Source: an uncultured Candidatus Saccharibacteria bacterium (GTDB lineage: Bacteria > Patescibacteriota > Minisyncoccia > Phycocordibacterales > UBA12088). Taken from it: a stretch of DNA of 64,000 nt. Under the pieces are notes generated by a model, which ran no database searches, had not been told where the DNA came from, and was given only the letters and a program-made list of their open reading frames with translations. The translations under genes and the position numbers were made by a program. Below, in pieces: positions 49,083 through 58,000 of the stretch (position 1 is its first letter; each line of letters begins with the position of its first letter). The DNA is taken from assembly GCA_964459635.1 (NCBI GenBank), contig CAYWMQ010000002.1:6776-70775 (forward strand), in the 5' to 3' direction.

Positions 49083-49325
49083 ATGGCGAAACAGTGCCCA
49101 ATAACAAAAAAGACATCGCAGGTGGGCGGAGGCTACAGCAACCGCACCCGCGCGACTCAGTTTAACCCTACCGGCACACGCCGGCGCCAGGTGAACCTCA
49201 TGAAGCGCCGCATTTACGTGCCTGAGCTAGGGAAGCACGTAACGCTCGCGCTTTCTGCGAAAGCGATCAAGACCATCAATAAAAACGGCGCGTACAAGAC
49301 GCTTCTCGCCGCGGGAATTATTTAG
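49083..49325 (+). CDS. rpmB: 50S ribosomal protein L28
   Basis: MAKQCPITKK...RR..NL...LSAKAIKTINK.G. Confidence 0.9.
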   Translation: MAKQCPITKKTSQVGGGYSNRTRATQFNPTGTRRRQVNLMKRRIYVPELGKHVTLALSAKAIKTINKNGAYKTLLAAGII

Positions 49326-49382
49326 GCCGGCTTGCGCGGAGCGACTGCACCTTCCTTTTGAAACACCCCCGCCGGGGGTTTT

Positions 49383-49940
49383 TTATTCCAAGCCCACCAC
49401 CGGTGCGGCTCGGCGTGAGCGCGCCACTATATTTTGTATCTCTTCTTTAACGAGGTCCGGGTTGGGCACCTGTCGCATAATAAAGTCGCTTGAAATGCTC
49501 GCTGTCTGAATGCGGACATTTCCGATATGAAGCCACGTGGGTATGAGCCCGGATACTTCATACGTAACGTCCTGGATGCGATCGTGCGAAAAGCTTGAGA
49601 CGTGCCGGCTGAAAAATCTCTTCTGTTCTATATCGATGATGCGCCGGTCGGTGATAACCCACACGTCAAGCCACTGGTCGGTCCACAACATAAAGAAGCG
49701 GATCCAAAAGAAGAGCGCCGCGAATGCAAGTACGAAGAGCCCGAGCGCAAGCGCGGGGCTCTGCGAAACGCCACTTGCGTGTGCAACGATCTCGCCCGCG
49801 CCGATGAGCGATGCAAGGAGCGACCATGCCAAAATGGCGCCCGCCCCCTCAAGCACCAGTCGCCACCAGTGCCTGCGCACGACCGTAAGCACCTGTTCGT
49901 CGGGACTTATGCCCAGCCTTTGTGCGGATGTTTTATCCAT
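49383..49940 (-). CDS. Membrane protein with bacterial PH domain
   Basis: VRRHW, two TM helices, ITDRRII...IQDV...GNVRIQTA. Confidence 0.8.
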   Translation of the reverse strand: MDKTSAQRLGISPDEQVLTVVRRHWWRLVLEGAGAILAWSLLASLIGAGEIVAHASGVSQSPALALGLFVLAFAALFFWIRFFMLWTDQWLDVWVITDRRIIDIEQKRFFSRHVSSFSHDRIQDVTYEVSGLIPTWLHIGNVRIQTASISSDFIMRQVPNPDLVKEEIQNIVARSRRAAPVVGLE

Positions 49941-50166
49941 GTGAATACCAAAGCACCCCGAGCGCCATAAGGAAGAGGCAGGCGGCTACACCTGAAAGGT
50001 ACACGAGCAGCACGAAACGCGAAGTGTAGCGGCCCGTGCTGTAGAGGTGCCAGTGCCACACCATCACCGCACTCAGTACGATACTCACGACCGCCGCCAA
50101 TAGGAACATCCCCCATAGCACGAGCGGCATCGTGAGCGCGAGTGGCGCTAGATCATACACTGCCAT
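49933..50166 (-). CDS. Small membrane protein
   Basis: Two TM helices flanking HWHLY; -10 box 6 nt upstream. Confidence 0.65.
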   Translation of the reverse strand: MAVYDLAPLALTMPLVLWGMFLLAAVVSIVLSAVMVWHWHLYSTGRYTSRFVLLVYLSGVAACLFLMALGVLWYSHG

Positions 50167-50265
50167 ACATGAAGTATACACCCGCGCGCGTTGCCCATCG
50201 CGCCGTATGCTATAGTGACGGTGCATAAAAGCAGGGTTATCGCCCCGCAGTAACCTTATGTACAT

Positions 50266-51003
50266 ATGTATATATTCATTGTTCTTGTAGTGGCGGTGCT
50301 ATTGGCCATCGCTCTTATTAAGCAGATAGATCAGTACGAACGTGGCGTCATGCTCACGCTCGGCAAGTACTCGGGCACGAAAGAGCCCGGCTGGCGCATC
50401 GTGGTGCCTGTGTTTCAGCGCATCATTAAGGTAGACATGCGCGTGAAGGCTGTGGATGTGCCGGACCAGAAGGCTATCACGCGCGACAACGTATCGGTCA
50501 CGGTAAACGCGGTCATTTACTACCGCGTGTTCTCGGCGGACAAAGCGGTGCTCGAGGTCGAGGATTACCGGTACGCTATCTCACAGTACGCACAAACGAC
50601 GATGCGTAACATTGTGGGCGAGGTGACGCTTGATGAGCTTTTGGCGAACAGGGAGAAGCTCGCGGACCGTATACGCGAGATAGTGGATAAAGAAACGGAT
50701 GCATGGGGCTTGCGCGTGAACAACGTGGAGCTTAAAGACGTGAGCTTGCCCGCCGACATGGAACGCACCATAGCCAAGCAGGCCGAGGCGGAGCGCGAGA
50801 AGCGCGCGGTCATCATAAACTCGGAAGGCGAGCTCGCAGCTGCGCAAAACATGGCAAAAGCGGCTGAAATACTTGCCGCGACGCCGGGGGCACTGCACCT
50901 GCGTACACTCCAATCTATCAACGACATATCGAGCGACGACTCAAACACCATCGTGTTTGCGGTACCGCTTGAGGTGATGAAGGCGTATGCGGGGTTTCAG
51001 TAA
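50266..51003 (+). CDS. SPFH/stomatin (slipin) family protein
   Basis: YERGV, ITRDNV, AQTTMR, QAEAEREKRA, LRTLQ. Confidence 0.93.
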   Translation: MYIFIVLVVAVLLAIALIKQIDQYERGVMLTLGKYSGTKEPGWRIVVPVFQRIIKVDMRVKAVDVPDQKAITRDNVSVTVNAVIYYRVFSADKAVLEVEDYRYAISQYAQTTMRNIVGEVTLDELLANREKLADRIREIVDKETDAWGLRVNNVELKDVSLPADMERTIAKQAEAEREKRAVIINSEGELAAAQNMAKAAEILAATPGALHLRTLQSINDISSDDSNTIVFAVPLEVMKAYAGFQ

Positions 51004-51183
51004 CGCCATGGGGCAGTCAACACGTGTATACCACAGCGGAGACCATTGAGCATACGCATCCGGCTCGAGCATTAAGAACACGAACGAGACTGCTGCTTTG
51101 CTATTGAAACCAAGGTGCACATGCGAAAGATCTCATACTATGGTATGCTCGGGCGGGTATATATCTGGTTGGGGACATGACAG

Positions 51184-51597
51184 ATGCTGCGACTGGTTGG
51201 TGCGTGGTTAATACTGCTTAGCGCTTCGCTCCTAGCGGTGAGCGGTTACTCTGCAGGTACCGTGCTATGCGTGTTCTTGGGCATCGCACTGTTCGACATG
51301 GTCATGTACAGCTACTTCAGATGGGTCGTGACGCGTGCACTGTACGACCGAGGATTTCATGACGGCCCGCCACAGCTTGCCGTGCTGACAGGACCGGACA
51401 ACGTCACTCACTGGGTGAGCTGGCCTGGTGAACCGAACGCGTCTACGGTACATGAGTATTGGCAAGTCGCAATTCGGGACCTCAACATGGGACATCGTAT
51501 TTTGTGGTATGGCGTGCGATATGGGACGCGCATGCTGGATCCTGTGTGGCTTTTCTTCCCGAAAGAAGTTGGGGGCCGCAACGCATTCTACGACTGA
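51184..51597 (+). CDS. Hypothetical membrane ORFan
   Basis: Two N-terminal TM helices; hairpin at 51605-51630. Confidence 0.55.
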   Translation: MLRLVGAWLILLSASLLAVSGYSAGTVLCVFLGIALFDMVMYSYFRWVVTRALYDRGFHDGPPQLAVLTGPDNVTHWVSWPGEPNASTVHEYWQVAIRDLNMGHRILWYGVRYGTRMLDPVWLFFPKEVGGRNAFYD

Positions 51598-51631
51598 CGC
51601 CGTGAGCGCTGAGGGAAACCTCAGCGCTTTG

Positions 51632-52492
51632 CTATTCATATGCAACTTTGGCCCCATCACTTTCAAATACGATCGTCCCTTCCTCGCACGTACCGAGCAC
51701 GATAGCACCGGCGGCGCGCACGCGCTCCACCACCTCCGTATGCGGGTGCCCGTACCTGTTATCACAGCCTGCGGACACTACAGCGTACTCGGGGCGTACG
51801 GTGGACAGGAAGAGCGCACCACTTGAGGTGCGCGAGCCATGGTGTCCCAGCTTCAGTACCGTGCTCTTGAGAGCCGTACCGTGTACCCCTACCATATACT
51901 CTTCGATTGCCTCCGGTGAGTCACCTGTGAGCAAAAACGAAACGTCACCGTGTACGAGACGCAGCACCACCGAACCCATGTTCGCCTCCACCCCACGTAC
52001 GTCGCGGTCGGGGAAAAGCACATCCACGTACACATCTTCGTCAAGCGCTAACCGCTGTCCGGTTCTCGCCGCAATCGGCGTGAGCCCCTCATCGCGTACG
52101 GCCTCTTGGAGCGCGGCGTAGTCGGGCCCCGGGTCTTGCACGCCAGGCTCCATGAACGCCCCCACCTCGTAGCGCTTGAATACGTCAGGCAAGCTTCCTA
52201 TATGATCGAGGTCGGGATGAGTGACGAGCACGAGGTCTATCCTGCGATCGGAAAAAGGCAGCAGCATCCCAAGCTCCTGCAGTACCGCAAGCCCCATGCC
52301 GCCGTCTATGAGCATCTGCCTGCCACTCGGCGTTTCAATGAAGATCGAGTCGCCTTGGCCCACATCAAGAAACGAGACGGTCAATACATCTTTGGAGGCG
52401 GACACATCTGCGCGCTCAAAAAGAAAAAGTGCCATAGAGCACAACACGAGCACTATGAATACGTGCGCATGTTTTCGGACGCGCTTCAGCAT
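51632..52492 (-). CDS. ComEC/Rec2-type metallo-beta-lactamase domain protein
   Basis: LDVGQGD, THPDLDHIG, LTGD, HHGSRTS, YGHPH. Confidence 0.92.
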   Translation of the reverse strand: MLKRVRKHAHVFIVLVLCSMALFLFERADVSASKDVLTVSFLDVGQGDSIFIETPSGRQMLIDGGMGLAVLQELGMLLPFSDRRIDLVLVTHPDLDHIGSLPDVFKRYEVGAFMEPGVQDPGPDYAALQEAVRDEGLTPIAARTGQRLALDEDVYVDVLFPDRDVRGVEANMGSVVLRLVHGDVSFLLTGDSPEAIEEYMVGVHGTALKSTVLKLGHHGSRTSSGALFLSTVRPEYAVVSAGCDNRYGHPHTEVVERVRAAGAIVLGTCEEGTIVFESDGAKVAYE

Positions 52493-52546
52493 GGGAAAAG
52501 TATACCAAAACCCACCCGCGCCTATGCGACGCGGGTGGGGCATTTG

Positions 52547-52777
52547 CTACAGCGGCCAGAGCCATGAGGTGGGAGTTACGTGCTCCACCTGAAGAGCGAG
52601 GGTGAGCTTTTCGCGCTCACAACGCGACAAGTGTTCCAGAATGTCTTTGTCGAGCGCACGGACCATAACAAAGCCCTTGCAGGCTGTTCCTCGCAGCACT
52701 TCGACGCGCCTTCCATATAAGAGGGCTGCACTGTCAGCGAAGTCCCGAACGGCATTGGTCATCCTCATCTCACGCAC
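52547..52777 (-). CDS. Hypothetical ORFan
   Basis: AAGGAGG 5 nt before GTG; hairpin at 52511-52539 after the stop. Confidence 0.55.
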   Translation of the reverse strand: MREMRMTNAVRDFADSAALLYGRRVEVLRGTACKGFVMVRALDKDILEHLSRCEREKLTLALQVEHVTPTSWLWPL

Positions 52778-52806
52778 CGCAGCCTCCTTTTCCTGAGCCG
52801 ATGAAA

Positions 52807-53979
52807 CTATCTCACCACAGACGCTACAGCTTTTGCCACCCTTTTGTCAAATACCGCAGGAATGATCTTCTGTGCCGTAGGTCGCGCCACAAGAGCAGCG
52901 AGCTTTTTTGCGGCGCGGAGTTTCATGTCGTCCGTGATGCGCCGTACGCCATTATCGAGCGCACCGCGGAATATCCCCGGAAACACGAGCACATTGTTTA
53001 TCTGGTTTGGAAAATCGCTTCGCCCCGTCGCAACAACCGCCGCGCCCGCCTTTTTCGCGTCTTCGGGCATTATCTCGGGAATGGGATTGGCGAGCGCAAA
53101 TACGATGGGCTTTTGTGCCATGACGCGCACATGCTCCTGATGAATGGTGCCCGGGCCCGACACCCCCACGACCGCATCTGCACCCGCCATTGCCTCCAGC
53201 ACCCCGCCCTGACGAAGTTCTCTATTGGTTATTTCCGCCAATGCACGCTTTGCACTGTTGAGGTCGCTTCTGCCGCTTTCTATGATGCCGCGGCTATCTG
53301 TTACTATCACATCACCTACGCCGTAGCGTACGAGGAGCCTCGCGATAGCGGTACCCGCCGCGCCTGCACCCACTATGGCTATGCGTGAGCGCGCCATGTT
53401 CTTGCGCACGACCTTGTGCGCATTGATGAGGCCGGCCAAGACCACAATGGCGGTGCCGTGCTGGTCATCATGCATGACCGGTATTGAAAGCTCGTTCTTG
53501 AGCCGCTCTTCTATCTCAAAACACTGCGGCGCAGCGATGTCTTCAAGATTGATGCCGCCAAAGGTGGGGGCGAGCGCTTTCACCGCGGCCACTATGTCGT
53601 CTGCGGAGTGCACATTGAGCACAATGGGCACAGCATCAACATTCGCAAACGCCTTGAAGAGGAGCGCCTTGCCCTCCATGACGGGTAGCGCAGCCTCCGG
53701 GCCTATGTTGCCGAGCCCCAACACGGCAGAGCCGTCAGAGACCACCGCGACGGTGCGCCCCGCGAGCGTGTATGCGCCCACCTCATCCTTGCGCTCGGCA
53801 AGGTACGAAGACACCGCACCTACGCCTGGTGTATAGAGAAGGGGCAGCGTGGATGGGTTTGTGCGCACGAGCGGGCGGACCTCAAGCTTGCCCTTGTGCT
53901 TCTTATGGAGCGCAAGCGCACGGGTCGCAGTGTCCGTGCCCGCGCGTGCACGTGGGTGTGTGTCTTTGCTTTTTGCCAT
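52807..53979 (-). CDS. NAD(P)-dependent malic enzyme
   Basis: YTPGVG, DGSAVLGLG, MEGKA, INLEDI, HDDQHGTA, GAGAAG, NQINN. Confidence 0.95.
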   Translation of the reverse strand: MAKSKDTHPRARAGTDTATRALALHKKHKGKLEVRPLVRTNPSTLPLLYTPGVGAVSSYLAERKDEVGAYTLAGRTVAVVSDGSAVLGLGNIGPEAALPVMEGKALLFKAFANVDAVPIVLNVHSADDIVAAVKALAPTFGGINLEDIAAPQCFEIEERLKNELSIPVMHDDQHGTAIVVLAGLINAHKVVRKNMARSRIAIVGAGAAGTAIARLLVRYGVGDVIVTDSRGIIESGRSDLNSAKRALAEITNRELRQGGVLEAMAGADAVVGVSGPGTIHQEHVRVMAQKPIVFALANPIPEIMPEDAKKAGAAVVATGRSDFPNQINNVLVFPGIFRGALDNGVRRITDDMKLRAAKKLAALVARPTAQKIIPAVFDKRVAKAVASVVR

Positions 53980-53983
53980 ATGC

Positions 53984-54169
53984 TTAGAAACAACCGTGTG
54001 CCGCCGCGCGAGCTCGCTCTCCATAGCTCATATTGTACTCGGGCTGTGAGAGACGCTTCTCGTACTCCACACAGTACTCGCTTGGCTTACCGTCAAAAAA
54101 AGCCTCACGGTTGAGGTAGAGATACCCCAAGCCCACTATGGCTAGCACGGTCACGATAAAACGTACCAT
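53984..54169 (-). CDS. Small membrane-anchored protein with two Cys
   Basis: TM helix; extended -10 box 6 nt upstream of ATG. Confidence 0.6.
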   Translation of the reverse strand: MVRFIVTVLAIVGLGYLYLNREAFFDGKPSEYCVEYEKRLSQPEYNMSYGERARAAAHGCF

Positions 54170-54254
54170 GTGGATAGTGTAGCACGGGCAACATGCCAGC
54201 TCTACAACGCGGTGTGTGGTACAGTGGGGATGCCTACCAGTAACATTTTCTCGT

Positions 54255-54839
54255 ATGTCCTACACACCACACACCTTCAGCTTCCCCGCCATAGCGGGTA
54301 TATCCGCAGAACAGCTGGCGCTCCATATCGGCCTCTACGAAGGGTACGTGAAACACGTAAACTTGCTCACCGATGAACTCGCTGCGCTTGGCGGGGACGC
54401 CTCACACACGTACGCAGCACAAGAGCTCCGACGTCGGCTTGGCTTCGAATGGAACGGCATGCGCCTTCACGAGCTCTACTTTGAGCCGCTCTCGGCAGGC
54501 GCGCTTCCGCTTCCTGAAGAAAGTGCGCTTGCACATGCGCTTGCGGCACAGTACGGGTCTTTCGACGCGTGGCGTGAGCGCTTTTCCAAGCTCTCCGCGC
54601 GCGGCCCCGGGTGGGCACTCCTTACGTACGATGCCGCGTCCACCGCGTTCCACGAGGTCTGGGTGGCCGACCACGAGATAGGACACCTGGCAGGTCTACC
54701 CGTCATACTCGCACTCGACCACTGGGAGCACGCGTACCTCAAAGACTACAAGCCAAGCGAGAAGGGTTCGTATGTAAACGCATACTTGGCTGCACTTAAC
54801 TGGCCGCTCCTGGCTCAGCGCTTTGAAGCTGCTCGGTAG
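54255..54839 (+). CDS. Fe/Mn superoxide dismutase
   Basis: LH..LY.GYV, LHELYF, GWA.L, LDHWEHAY. Confidence 0.92.
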   Translation: MSYTPHTFSFPAIAGISAEQLALHIGLYEGYVKHVNLLTDELAALGGDASHTYAAQELRRRLGFEWNGMRLHELYFEPLSAGALPLPEESALAHALAAQYGSFDAWRERFSKLSARGPGWALLTYDAASTAFHEVWVADHEIGHLAGLPVILALDHWEHAYLKDYKPSEKGSYVNAYLAALNWPLLAQRFEAAR

Positions 54840-56301
54840 CACCCATCCTTCGCGTCAGAAGATACCACGCCCCGCCCGCCAAAGCGTAGAGCGCCAAGAC
54901 CCATACCGGGCTCATGGGCGGTACGGTGATGGACGCGTAAGGGAGCTCTGCGCCTGTGCGTACCACAAGAAATACGTATGAGAGCATGAGGTGGGCCAAA
55001 TACGCGAGCGGGAGTGCGAGTGCCGTGCTTAGAAGCGCAAGCGCCCCGGCAAGAAATCCGATAAGCATGAGTACCGGCACGAGCGGCAGCACGAGAAGGT
55101 TCGCCGCAAGCGCCACAAGTGAAAGCTCGCCCACTTGGTACCAAATGAGTGGAAGCACCGCGAGCTGTGTCGCGAACGTGGTCGCGACTATCTCGCGCAG
55201 TCCGACCATGTCCGGCACGTACGCAAACCGCGACATAAGCGCGGGCGTAAGGCCGATGAGTCCCGCTGTCGCCGCAACAGACAGCTGGAAGCCCGGATCG
55301 AAAAGGAGTACGTACGGGTTGTGCGCCACCATAGCCGCCGCCGCTACCATGAGCGCGCGCAGCACCGCATACGGCCGTGTGGTATAGACGGCCAACAAGC
55401 CCAAGAGTGCCATGATGGTCGCGCGTGCGACAGCCGCCCCCGCGCCCACCATGAGTGCAAATGCGACGATACCGCACGAGGCGGCGATGAAGCGCAAGCG
55501 AGGCGAAAAGGGAGCGCAGAGGGCATAGATGAGATAGGAGACAATGGTGAGGTTGAAGCCTGAGAGCACCACTATGTGCACCAACCCGACCGTTTGAAAG
55601 CGCTCAAGCCATGCTTCCCCAAGTGAACGCTTTACGCCCACTACGAGCCCACCAAGGAGTCCTGCGCCCGGCTCAGGCACGACGAATGCAACAGACGCAA
55701 GCCACGCGCGCTTGATCGTAAAAAGCGAGGCGAGTACGAGAGATGCATGGCCACCACTTACACGCTCGGCATTGGGGTACCGCATCACATAGTGAATGCC
55801 GTCTTTCTTTAGGAAACCCGGGTAATCAAACACGCGTCCCGCGTCTGTTTCAAACGCTTCGGGCACGCTCACGGCGCCGCGAAGAGCGAGCCGGTCGCCA
55901 TACGCATACGCGGGCCGGTGCGGCATGCGGGTAAGCACCGTGATACGCGCCGGTGCCCCTGCCACCGTATCGAGCTCGACTGTGTAGAGTGTATTGGCAT
56001 CGCGCACGTCCGGCTCGCGCACAACCACGCCCGACGCTTCGATGTGCGCACCATCCGGGAGCAAAGGGCTCGGCACCGATGCTCGCTCCGCAAACTCGAC
56101 GCGCACAATGCCGAGCGAGCAGGAGCCCACACACAGGACTACAAGAAGCGCTACAGAGTGCACGCGCACGCGAGGTATTAAGACCAAGAGGAGTGCGGAG
56201 CATACGAAGGTGGCGGCTATCCACCAGGGTACGGGAAAGAGCAGCGCAAACCCAACACCGAGCACAAACGCCGCAAGCGCACACATGAGCCCAAGACGCA
56301 T
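54796..56301 (-). CDS. comEC: ComEC competence channel (OB + competence domains, no MBL domain)
   Basis: GLVHIVVLSGFN, RA.IM, NP..L.D.GFQLS. Confidence 0.92.
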   Translation of the reverse strand: MRLGLMCALAAFVLGVGFALLFPVPWWIAATFVCSALLLVLIPRVRVHSVALLVVLCVGSCSLGIVRVEFAERASVPSPLLPDGAHIEASGVVVREPDVRDANTLYTVELDTVAGAPARITVLTRMPHRPAYAYGDRLALRGAVSVPEAFETDAGRVFDYPGFLKKDGIHYVMRYPNAERVSGGHASLVLASLFTIKRAWLASVAFVVPEPGAGLLGGLVVGVKRSLGEAWLERFQTVGLVHIVVLSGFNLTIVSYLIYALCAPFSPRLRFIAASCGIVAFALMVGAGAAVARATIMALLGLLAVYTTRPYAVLRALMVAAAAMVAHNPYVLLFDPGFQLSVAATAGLIGLTPALMSRFAYVPDMVGLREIVATTFATQLAVLPLIWYQVGELSLVALAANLLVLPLVPVLMLIGFLAGALALLSTALALPLAYLAHLMLSYVFLVVRTGAELPYASITVPPMSPVWVLALYALAGGAWYLLTRRMGATEQLQSAEPGAAS

Positions 56302-56390
56302 GAGAGCAGTCTAGCAAGAACGCGCACGCGCTTCGCGCCAAACATGTGCATAGAGCAACGCCGCGGGGTAAACCGCGGCGTTAGGTGCGC

Positions 56391-56642
56391 TCACTGAAGT
56401 CTGAAGTCAGCCGAAGCATAGCGGAGCTCACGCTTGCTGACGAGGGGGCTGCACACGTAGTGGACATGGAACAGTTTGCCATCCAGGTGAGCTTGCCACC
56501 ATCCTAAAAAGCGATGCAGCTCGGGGAGCTCCGGCAGTATGTCCAAGAGTTCATACACAAACTCCTGCAAGATCCGCGGATGATCTGGCATACGGTAGTT
56601 GATTTGCGCCTTCACAATTACAAACGGGATGACGTTCATCAT
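56391..56642 (-). CDS. Usg-like family protein
   Basis: I.YRMPDHP..LQ.F......D..P..P.L..FL..W...LDG.L..V pattern of the Usg family; AGGAGGTGA SD. Confidence 0.75.
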   Translation of the reverse strand: MMNVIPFVIVKAQINYRMPDHPRILQEFVYELLDILPELPELHRFLGWWQAHLDGKLFHVHYVCSPLVSKRELRYASADFRLQ

Positions 56643-56798
56643 GGCTCACCTCCTCTCTCAAAAGTAGCAGAGCCTTAGATGGTGTCAATGGACACCAACC
56701 CCCGCATGTACGGAAAACAAGAGATGACAGACAAGAGACGAAAGAATACGTGCATCTGATCTGTGTGTTTGTTGTCTCTTTTCTTTTGTCTCCGTGTC

Positions 56799-57230
56799 TC
56801 ACGCCCGATCCATCGCCTCGTTCGCCATACGGTCCGCGCGTGAGTTCTCAGCGCGGGGAATGTGTGTAAAGGTAACGTGCGGAAAGGTCGACACGCGCAA
56901 ATTATGTACGGCGATGTAGAGCGGCCAAAGTGTCTCCTCCTTTACCTGGTACTCGCCATTGAGTTGCTTGCAGATGAGTTCCGAATCCATTTTTACGTTA
57001 ACCTGCAGCTCTTTGCACTGCGGCGCACCAAAATGTTTTTTTATAGTCTCAAGACCGAGAATGACGGCATGGTATTCCGCATAGTTGTTGGTCTGGTGCC
57101 CGAGGTACTTCGACACTTCCTTGATGGTCTTACCGTTCTCGTCGAGTATAACCGCTCCCGCTCCAGCCGGCCCGGGGTTTCCGCGCGCTCCGCCGTCAGT
57201 GTATAGGTACATGGTCTTTAGGTTTGACAT
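56799..57230 (-). CDS. rnhA: Ribonuclease HI
   Basis: TDGGARGNPG, TNNYAEY, DSEL, HIPRAEN..AD. Confidence 0.95.
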   Translation of the reverse strand: MSNLKTMYLYTDGGARGNPGPAGAGAVILDENGKTIKEVSKYLGHQTNNYAEYHAVILGLETIKKHFGAPQCKELQVNVKMDSELICKQLNGEYQVKEETLWPLYIAVHNLRVSTFPHVTFTHIPRAENSRADRMANEAMDRA

Positions 57231-57370
57231 GGTCTGAAAGGTTAGGAGACACTGACGGCAAGCCTGGACGTGAGGGGGGTCAGGGGAACACCTGGACCCC
57301 CGTGGAGGAATGTCGTGAGGTCCGCGCGGTCGGTTGAGCGTCGGAAAACCGTGGGTTGCCCAGGAGACCT

Positions 57371-57418
57371 AGGATTCGCCCGCGTACCACCATCGGTGTG
57401 GAGTATGACTGTTCGCAT
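57371..57418 (-). pseudogene. 5' remnant of a second RNase HI gene
   Basis: MRTVILHTDGGTRANP, then loss of similarity; keeps TGATATAGT 7 nt upstream. Confidence 0.7.
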
Positions 57419-57483
57419 GGGATTCACTATATCACGAAGAGAGGCCGTCCAAAGGACAGCCTCTACGCACTCGTTGCGCGTTG

Positions 57484-57651
57484 CTAGGTAACAATACGCG
57501 CATCAACCACCCTGGAGCCGTTTTTCGCGTACCATGCACGAACACGCTCAAGCTGCGCCCGCGCCTCTTCCATGCTCGTGTTTTCCGGAAGCTGGTACGC
57601 GACCGGAATTTTTTTACCAGTCGTTGCGATGTAGCTGAAGGTTAGCTGCAT
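57484..57651 (-). CDS. Small ORFan (55 aa; below the ORF-track cutoff)
   Basis: GGGGAGG SD; MQLTFSYIATTGKKIPVAYQLPE...DARIVT; hairpin downstream at about 57440-57464. Confidence 0.55.
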   Translation of the reverse strand: MQLTFSYIATTGKKIPVAYQLPENTSMEEARAQLERVRAWYAKNGSRVVDARIVT

Positions 57652-57670
57652 TGCACTGCCTCCCCTTGCA

Positions 57671-57937
57671 CTAGTTCCGCAGACATGCCCGGTAGACCGC
57701 GCTGTCGCTCAGTGGCTCCACGTCCTCACGTCTAAAGCCGTGCGCACAAAGCGGGACGCTAGCAAACGCAATCCATGCTTTGCCTGCTTCATCGTACGCT
57801 ACTGTGAGGGCCAATTCTGCATCGCCCTCAAAGCGAACGACGAAGTACGTACCTGGAACGGGGGCATCTTGATCGGTGCCTCCGTGGCCGGTAGGCACGA
57901 ATTCGCGTTCGCGTAAGACTTTAGAATAGTTCATCAT
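57671..57937 (-). CDS. Hypothetical ORFan
   Basis: GGAGG SD; 87-88 aa. Confidence 0.55.
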   Translation of the reverse strand: MMNYSKVLREREFVPTGHGGTDQDAPVPGTYFVVRFEGDAELALTVAYDEAGKAWIAFASVPLCAHGFRREDVEPLSDSAVYRACLRN

Positions 57938-58000
57938 CGCCTCCAATCGCTAGGCCCAGCTCAGCAGCAGCAGCTGGGTGGATTGCTACCCGTCGCAATT

